Shown here one piece after another: positions 48,757 to 56,476 of a stretch of DNA of 56,476 nt. The notes under the pieces were generated by a model. That model saw only the letters and a list, made by a program, of their open reading frames with translations. It searched no databases and had not been told where the DNA came from. This DNA comes from Selaginella moellendorffii (lineage: Eukaryota; Plantae; Lycopodiophyta): positions 1-56,476 of the forward strand of contig NW_003314468.1 in assembly GCF_000143415.4 (NCBI RefSeq), in the 5' to 3' direction. The position numbers and the translations under genes are program-made. Every line of letters begins with the position of its first letter. Within the stretch, counting starts at the first letter, position 1.

Positions 48757-50478
48757 CTATAGTTTCATAATAAAAACCATTACATTCTAGAAAATCCATT
48801 AAAAAGGAAATGCATGTTTCATTGGATGAATGGAAAGAAACAGAAGCTTCATTCCCAGATGCATCTCTCCAGATATGACAGACATGACGAGGTAGTAGCA
48901 AAAAATTACAAACACAATAGTTCCTAGCAAGCCTGAAAGGAAGGAAACAATTCCCGGCATTGTCAAGCTGAATAAAAACTTGTTCAGAAACGAAGGAGTT
49001 GGAGGATTAACAAGCATGAAAAAAATGATGTGGAGAAGCCAAATTAAAGACAAAGCCAAATTGCAACAAGAGAAATAATAAGATTGAATCTTTTTCTCAA
49101 GGACTTTCTTACCCGAAAATGCCAAAAACAAGCTTGGCTAGGTAGAAGAGAACCATTGTGTCTGCCTGAGAGAAAACCAACAGTAGAATCAACACAAAAC
49201 TTAAATGGTAAACTAGAATGGTACTTTCTCTTGCTGTGGGAATGCCTTGTTCAGAACTTGAACATCATCTAAAAAGGAAATCACTGCAACACACTTTACT
49301 TCTCTCCCCTTAAGCCAATTGGAAAAGAAGCAATTATTTGATTTAGTGGCTATTTTATCCCTATTTATCCCCCAAGATTCCAAGGATCCATAGTGACAGT
49401 ATATCTAAATCTCATCCCATGATCACATGTGTTATACTCACCCCCCTTTCAAAAATGTTAATATCCTCATTGACTATTGATTAACAACCCCTACTGAGCC
49501 AAGGGAAACTAACACCTTCATTTCTACATTGAATCTACCAATCCTTCTATGGTGTAGACTAGTTATTCCATGTGAGGCAACTAGTCATCCACCCTATTTA
49601 TTCCCCAAGGTTCCATATGAGGCAATTAGTCATCCACCTTATTTATCCCCCAAGGTTCCAAGGATCCACAGTGACAATATATCCAAATCTCATCATATGA
49701 TCACATGTGTTACAATCATATCTTCTAAAAAATAAAACATAAAACAACATTACCATGAAGAGTATTGATCCTATTATTGTGTTTAATGCGATCACGTAAG
49801 TTGGGAAGGGTGCACGCACAGACCACGTAGTTTTAACCAGAGATCCAGACGTATAAGCTACACACTGTCACACAATATTGCCAGATGAATGAAGAAAGGG
49901 AAAATGTAGAAGAAAAGGCTTACCATGAGAGTAACATTAAAAGGCAATGAGAAACCAGTCGAAAACAAGCATGGAGCCTTTGCATTGAACAAGCTAAAAT
50001 CATTGGTGAACGCCAGCGTCGTGGATGAAAGACGTCTCACGGTGAAATTGGCATAGCCGATCACAGCTTCAAGCAATCACGTAGAAGAAGGGTTTAAGAA
50101 CAAAAGATGGAAAAGAGCTTCTTACCATAGAGAATTCCCAAGAGGAGGCAGAAGACTGTGAGGAGTATCACCACCCACAAGAGAGCGTTCTTTACCCTTT
50201 GTGTCACAGTCCTGGAAATCACCAAGAACAAAGAAAATTTTTGAGATCATGGAGGAATAGAAAGAACTTAAGAAACTCTAGGAGGAGCTCGGTCGATCAA
50301 GTGTTCTAAGAACAAGAACAAAGAGATGGAAGATTACTTCTCCTAGAAGAAGATTGTGAAAGGCAAAATGTAGAAAAAAAGGCTTCCCATGAGAGTAACA
50401 TTCGAAGACAATGAGAAACCAGCCTGTTCAGAATGTAGATATTGATCGCGAAGACGGCAGCACTACATTGTACTCCAT
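48757..50478 (-). pseudogene. LMBR1-like copy retaining a probable start codon (50476-50478), rearranged and interrupted
   Basis: ATG GAG TAC AAT GTA GTG CTG. Exons homologous to copies 1 and 3. Insert at ~49280-49715. Confidence 0.8.
49365..49713 (-). mobile_element. Short LTR/TRIM-like relic
   Basis: Direct repeats ...ccaaggatcca.agtgaca...tgatcacatgtgtta(t/c)a end at ~49436 and 49713. The first is followed by ctcacccccctttcaaaa, a polypurine tract on the minus strand. Confidence 0.55.
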
Positions 50479-50589
50479 CTTTCACCAGACCACACGCCCA
50501 AGAACCCTAATTTCAACGGCTGGGATTTGATCCAGCGCTTAAGGATTTTAGCTTTGGGCGCGCGATATCGGGGATCGGGCCCCTCGAGG

Positions 50590-53314
50590 AGCTGGAACGG
50601 GGAGCGAAATGCCGGTGGCGATGGATCCTCCAGCTCCTCGGCCGTGGTAATCTATAGCGTGCCGGGCGGATTGAGGGATCCAGGGCGATTGTGGGTGTCG
50701 TGGAGCAATGGGAACCAGCTCCAGCTCTCTTATAGCGAGAATGCTGTGGGAGGCGGTGGAAGAGTCACGGAGATTCATCTGGGAGAAGGATGGGATGCGA
50801 GAGGCGGCGACTGGCGTATGATTCTCTCCCGGCTTTTGCTCTTCTCCAGAACCAGCGGCAATTGGGCTACAACCCAGGCGCCTGGTATGAAAAATTCTTC
50901 ATTTTTTCTCTAGAAACGCTAGTTGTGATCGCAGGTGGGAGCATGTTTTAGAATATAACAAGAGCATTCGCAGCGTTCTCGACCAGCCCACCCAAGGCAA
51001 GGTTAGCCATTGTATCATGCGTGAGAGGATGATGTGAAAGATTTATTTGATTGTTTTTTTTCTTGCAGGAGGAGAAGTCCTCGATGCTTAAGGCTGTGTG
51101 GGAGCTCATAGAAGTTTTCTATGTGGACAGAAGCGCGACATGGTGGCTTCCGGAGAGTCTTGTAGATTGGCTGGCGGTAAGAAGCAGTGAGTTTTTTCTT
51201 GACTTATGATTCATTTGCCTGTGAGCTTTGCAGGAGTATGACAGGAGTCCTCTTGAGTGATGAAGACACTTTACATTCCAAGGTAGTGTCGTTCCAGCAG
51301 AAGCTTTCCGAGATTCAAGTAAGTTCGAAGTCTTGCAGCTTTTTGTTTTCTCTTTGTGTATCATTCTTTAACGTGCACTTGCAGTTTCGGCCTTGTCAGT
51401 CGGATGGCTTGACGTTGTTGGACTGTCCGTGTAAGTTCAATTGGTAATCTTAATCTTCCAGATAGCGTTCTTGCGGATGCATGGATCGTATCGATTGGAT
51501 CAACTTGATGACCGGCAGGTTTCTTTCTCCATGCTGTTTTGTTGGACTTGCGTTAACTTCCGGATGCTTTTTTATGTCTTGGCAGACTGAAAATGGCCTC
51601 GTAGAAGCAGCTACACTGCTCATTATGCAAATGCCGCGGCTGTGCCCGAGGCTCCCTGATGGAAGTCCTGGTGTTGCTATAGGTTTTAAGCCTGACTTTT
51701 CTAAGGTTTGATGTGGTTGCAGCAAAGTTTTTAGTTTCTCAGATTTTATTACATGCAGGCAAGGGGAAAATGGCGAAGTCAGGTTTCCAAGCTTGAAAAT
51801 AGTGTGTTTTGGGCGGAATGCAACCACCGTGGGACGCTTCTTGGTCTTAAGAAGCTAATACAGGTGCTATTGGGAAACGTTGATGTTCTACAGCTCTCTA
51901 CGTTTCACTGGATGGAGCTGCTGGTGGCCTTTTTCTTTGGTGTGTATGAACTGTGTAGTGTGCTAAGTTCACTTGCAATTATCGGGTGCAGGTCTTAGAT
52001 GGAATGCGTAGCATAGCTTCCAAGTGCAAAGGATTGAAAAGTTCTGGGGACGAAGACCTTCAAGAACTTTTATCTGCAGTTATCAGCAACGACACCGAGG
52101 TAAATGCTCTTCCCCGTCACAGTGGAGTTTAATCTAGTACTATACAGATACTCTTGGCGAAGTGTTGGAAGGTTTTCAATGCCTGGTAAGAACTTCTCAT
52201 GTCGAATATTTACATAAATTTTCTATCAGGATGATGGCGCATGTTAAAGGGGAGGACGTTCGATATCTTCTTGAAGAAGACAGGAAAACTCTAGGCGGCT
52301 TTGAAAGAACTCCATCGTTTGGTTTATTCTCAAGTACTGTCTTCGCACAGCTTAACCTTTGATTTCTTTGTTCTTGATGTCTGTCTAACAATTATCTCAG
52401 CTAGCACCTGTTTACCTCGCGGCTTGCCCAAAGCAAGGCCTGGGATTGAAGCTCTCCTAATGAAGCAGAGTTGTTCCAATCAGAAACTGGCATTGAATGT
52501 TGGTCTTGGTGTGACGATTTCTTGAATCTCAATGTGAATTTTGTGCAACAGGCACTAGAGATATGCCGCCTCTATGAACTTGATACCGTGAGCACAGCCA
52601 TCGCCAGGGTTTAGTATCCTCTTCCTTTCCAGGCTTGGGGTTGTCACCTGTGTTTTATGTCTTCCAGGCTGTTGGTGTTCATAGTTTTAAAACATGGAAA
52701 GAAGGGCCAAGGGATAATGTGGCTTAATTGGCCCGAGACGAGCAGAGGCTTTCTGATCTTGCAGATAGCTTTTGAACACAATAACGTCTGGTGAAGCTGA
52801 TAATCTGGATAATCTCGAGGTGACTTCTAACTTCACGCAGGTACAAAAGCTTCAAGGCAGCGCTGCAAAACATCAGAGATCTGCGTCGTAGGGAGGCTTC
52901 CTACACCGAAAACCTCGCTGCGCGAGGCAGAGCAGCGGTGACTTCTCTTCTCCAGGTTACCAATCCGTTCGGAACTTCTTCTTGCTCACTAAAACCCCGG
53001 CTTGCAGCTTCTAAAATCTGGAACCTTTCCACGTAAATTCTGGCTGTCCTTGCTCCAAGAATCGGTATGGAGCTGTTCTCACATCTCGTTTACACTCTAA
53101 ACTTCGGATCGATCAGATGGAGCTGCTGGAATGGCCGGAGCAAGTGCTGGTTAGCGAGTCCGAAACAAACACTCTACTCTGCTGCCTCCAGGAACTCTTC
53201 CTCGCCAGGGACCGCCTAGAGAACGACATCCTAGGCACCGCAGAGCCTGGCGCTGTGGATCGCCTGAGATTGGCGCTGGCATCCAACTTGGGCCGTGCCA
53301 TCTTGCAAAGCTGA
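50590..53314 (+). pseudogene. NUP85: Nup85, second near-complete copy with many deletions/frameshifts
   Basis: Colinear with 5660-8639, with lost segments (e.g. FPEDDAAYW exon part, the exon near 8065). Confidence 0.85.
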
Positions 53315-54578
53315 TCGTTTCTACGAAGGTAGGAAGGATTTCTTCTTGAACTGTACAATTCAGAAGCGTGAGTCTAATTAAGCAAATAGTTTGACCGTAA
53401 AACTTCGCTAAAAGTCAATTTTTAGTCAACACAGTCTTCAGTTATTGGAAGTGTTTCATTGGCTGCCATTACACACCCCTTTAATCAGTTGGGTTTAGGG
53501 TAGGATTGTAATATTATTGTTTAATTTTCGTGGGCAGAAATATTTTGAAAGAATATTTAACATGGTGGATCTAAAGGAAGATAATAAACCCTAAGAAAAA
53601 GACTATAGTGACAGGAAGGTGACTTAAAGATGATTGCAATTATTTCTTGGCGAGGGGAAAATTGTTAAGCACCAAGTTAGGATAATAGGATAAAAAAAGG
53701 ACTTTACAATCAAATAATCACCCCTTTAACCAGTTAGGTTAAGGTGTAAAAAATAGAATCATACTCCCAGGCTCCATCATGTGGTTCTTGAGCAGTGACA
53801 CAAAACAATCCTACTCTTGTTCTTGATAGCTTGGCATAAATTCTCTCTGTCCAAAAATCACTAGCTGATTCTCAGCGTGCAACAAATGTAGTTGCTCCAC
53901 CACGATTGCTGCTGCTTAGTCACCACCACTACCACTGCTACCAGCGCCACTGCTAAACTTTGGCGAGGGGTTTCTAACATTCTCGATGGCTTTCATCAGG
54001 ACGTTGCTATTGGTATGCTTGGGTGGTGGCATCAATAAAACAGATGCATGCAACACCTCCCTATCCTGCCTTGGCAATCTCAGACAAGTGCAAACAAGAT
54101 TTTGCTACTCTCCCCTAACAGTGTGATTTCACCCTGTTGACGTTCACGGCCCATTTCCTTCACCATCAATTCTCCAAAGGGTTTTTAAAGTTGTGAAAGT
54201 TGACTTAGTGGACCTGTGGTTTTCCACAAGCACTCTACCCAGAGCAATGTACGGCAGTTTATCATGCCCTAAAAGCATATGCGTAAAGAATATGATACCT
54301 GATTTTCTTGATATTGGGACTACTGCATGGCGTTTTCTGTTCGGTGTAAATGCGTTTAACTCGTTTTCTGCACTAAACTAATCTTTCAGAACGCTCAATC
54401 CACCTAATCACCTTTTGTTTTTTAACCTGCAGTTTTGGAGGTATATGTATGACAAAGTCATGCACGATGAGTCAAGCTATACTTCATTTTGGGATAAACA
54501 TGTTTTGTGCACTAAACTAACCCATTTACCCCATTAGTCTTCTTCTGGTGTACATACCTCTTCTGAAGGTGAATTGCA

Positions 54579-55582
54579 ATGGCAACCATGGCGACAATGC
54601 AGGGAGCCTTGGTGACATTGAGGCGAATTTTGATTTCAGCAAGGTAAAGTGGAACCTGTCTTGCCCAAAGCAGTGCTTAACTCCTTGTGGAATGCTCCAG
54701 ATTGATGTGCGTTCCAAGAGTTCTGAGGATTACCTCCACACCAACCTGGCACCATCGTTTGGGACATTGAATGCAGAAACAGTGAAGAAGATGGATGAGG
54801 TTCTCAAAGTTTGCATCTCGGGAACCACAGACCTTCTAGCCAAAGTGCCACCGAAAGAGCGAACTTGGGAGAAGGTCAACTCCACGTTCATGCAAAATCC
54901 CCTGGTTGAGCCAATGGGCGATGGAGTTAGCAGAGCTGACCAGTTTCTCAACAAAAGCTCTAGCGATTTCAAGATTGACAGGTCACCGGACCCAGCTACT
55001 GTGAAAGCGGTAAAAGAGTCATGTATTATGGAAGAGCTCTATTAACCTTTGCCGCCTTCTCTCGTCACAGGTTCAGGTCTGGTTTGTGAATCTCATCGCA
55101 GATGAGGACGTCCTGAAATCAACCAAGATCGACATTAAAGTTGTTGGGGAAATTGTTGCTTAGTCAGGGGTGACCATTACCAGCTTTGAAAATTTCTTTG
55201 CCAAGCATGAGCACCACGAGAAGACCATAATTGACATCGGGGTCTTAAGGTACCCTGATATGCAAAACCCGTACTTCAAGGTTTGTGCCCAGGCTGCCTT
55301 TTGTATTTCAGTCACAGCTCATGCTTATGAGTACAGGTGTACCGCATCAAACTCTTTGTTTGGTCTGATAGCAACCGTATTGTGTTCCATCAGGAGGATT
55401 CCAATGGCATCATTGGAGGTGAGGTGTCTAATGTAAACCACTGAAGACTGCACGCTCCTTTTGTTCTATTTGCAGAGTTCACCTTCCGTAAGTTTAAGCC
55501 GCGCAAGGAGCTCATTGACAAGATGAACCCAGACGCCAAAAAGAAGGCTGTGGAAGCTGCAGATAACATCTTTGGTTTCTAA
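54579..55582 (+). pseudogene. Protein X, copy 4 (N-terminal deletion; CAG>TAG at 55161)
   Basis: Same exon structure as the other copies; gttgct TAG tcaggg. Confidence 0.75.
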
Positions 55583-56476
55583 TATCTAAATTGAGCCAAA
55601 GATGCCTCAAGCTAAAACATCTTTCTAAATACATGACCTACTTGAAAATAACAGCTATCTATTGTCTTTATATTTTTTAATCTCAATTTCTGAAAAGAGA
55701 CAATCAGGGAAACAAAGACTTGATATACAAACTACAATAAAAGTAATAAATATCTAAAACCTAGATGCTTTGGATTCCAAGTACTTTTGTCAATGTTGCA
55801 AACTTTTGCCTTTGAAACGTGATGATAAATTTATCTCTGTCTATATACTGTTTATAGTCTTGTGGTGCCCATCAAGAAGCATAAATATTCTTTGTGATAT
55901 ATTACTAAAACGAAACAGGACAGTTTGCCATGTGAAGATCATTATCATTGTCTCGTTGGTCTTTGTAGATTCTTCGTGCTCAAGGTTACCACAAGTTAGC
56001 CAGGGACACCCTCAATCAGCCCTAAGCCGAGTTGATGGCTTAGTCGTGAGTGCCATTTGGCTCTCCATCTTGCTGGATTTTCCCATCCTGTCGCTTTGAT
56101 GCAAACGACTCCAGGAACACTGTCGCAATAATATTGTAGAAATGGATTTTGACAAGGAACAGAACTTCGAAAATAGAACTTTAGAGAATGCTACTTGGAA
56201 CAAGGCAAAGGGAGGCCCACAAAACCGTCGAGCTTTTCCTCCCCCTCTAACTCACGAACTTTGTCACAAGCACATTGTAAGTTTTCTTTTGCAAATGCTT
56301 ACGTACTGATCAGTAGGCGTGACATCTCCTGCTATAGGGTCGAGTTTTTAGGATCCTAGAAATCTACTCCAGGACAAGACGATCAAGACGTTAATACAGT
56401 TGTAATTTTTTTAAATTAATAAGCTAAATGCGCGAATCTTTCCAAAACAGCAACGTCACTTTGGTCTTTTCTTAGT

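Overview
Eukaryotic land-plant genomic DNA. The ~50-bp GT-AG introns, PLS-type PPR gene and gene content suggest a lycophyte such as Selaginella (inference). The host scaffold is a degenerate tandem segmental array of a LIMR/LMBR1-like gene (-), Nup85 (+) and an unknown ~270-aa gene 'X' (four copies), plus PPR, kinase-like and tRNA-Ala pseudogenes. A ~23-kb nested transposon complex (12215-35381) interrupts it. An LTR of family B hosts a decayed Ty3/gypsy element (13114-35168, TSD CCTTT). The gypsy integrase is interrupted by a 13.4-kb DNA transposon (19571-32998; perfect 24-bp TIRs, 4-bp TSD CAAG), and its 3' LTR carries a solo LTR-B (TSD CTTGG). The best candidate for a new system is the 13.4-kb element. 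It has an open Sola1-like DDD transposase and, divergently, one multi-exon gene that I reconstruct as a >=1650-aa ParB/Srx-like + degenerate DNA-methyltransferase-like + acidic linker + FCP1/HAD-phosphatase fusion. More than 20 copies of a 22-bp palindrome (ATGGCRTGWGGCCWCAYGCCAT) are spread across the element, several inside its micro-introns. A second highlight is two apparent spliceosomal introns inside the gypsy integrase. All domain calls are by eye from motifs; no searches were run.
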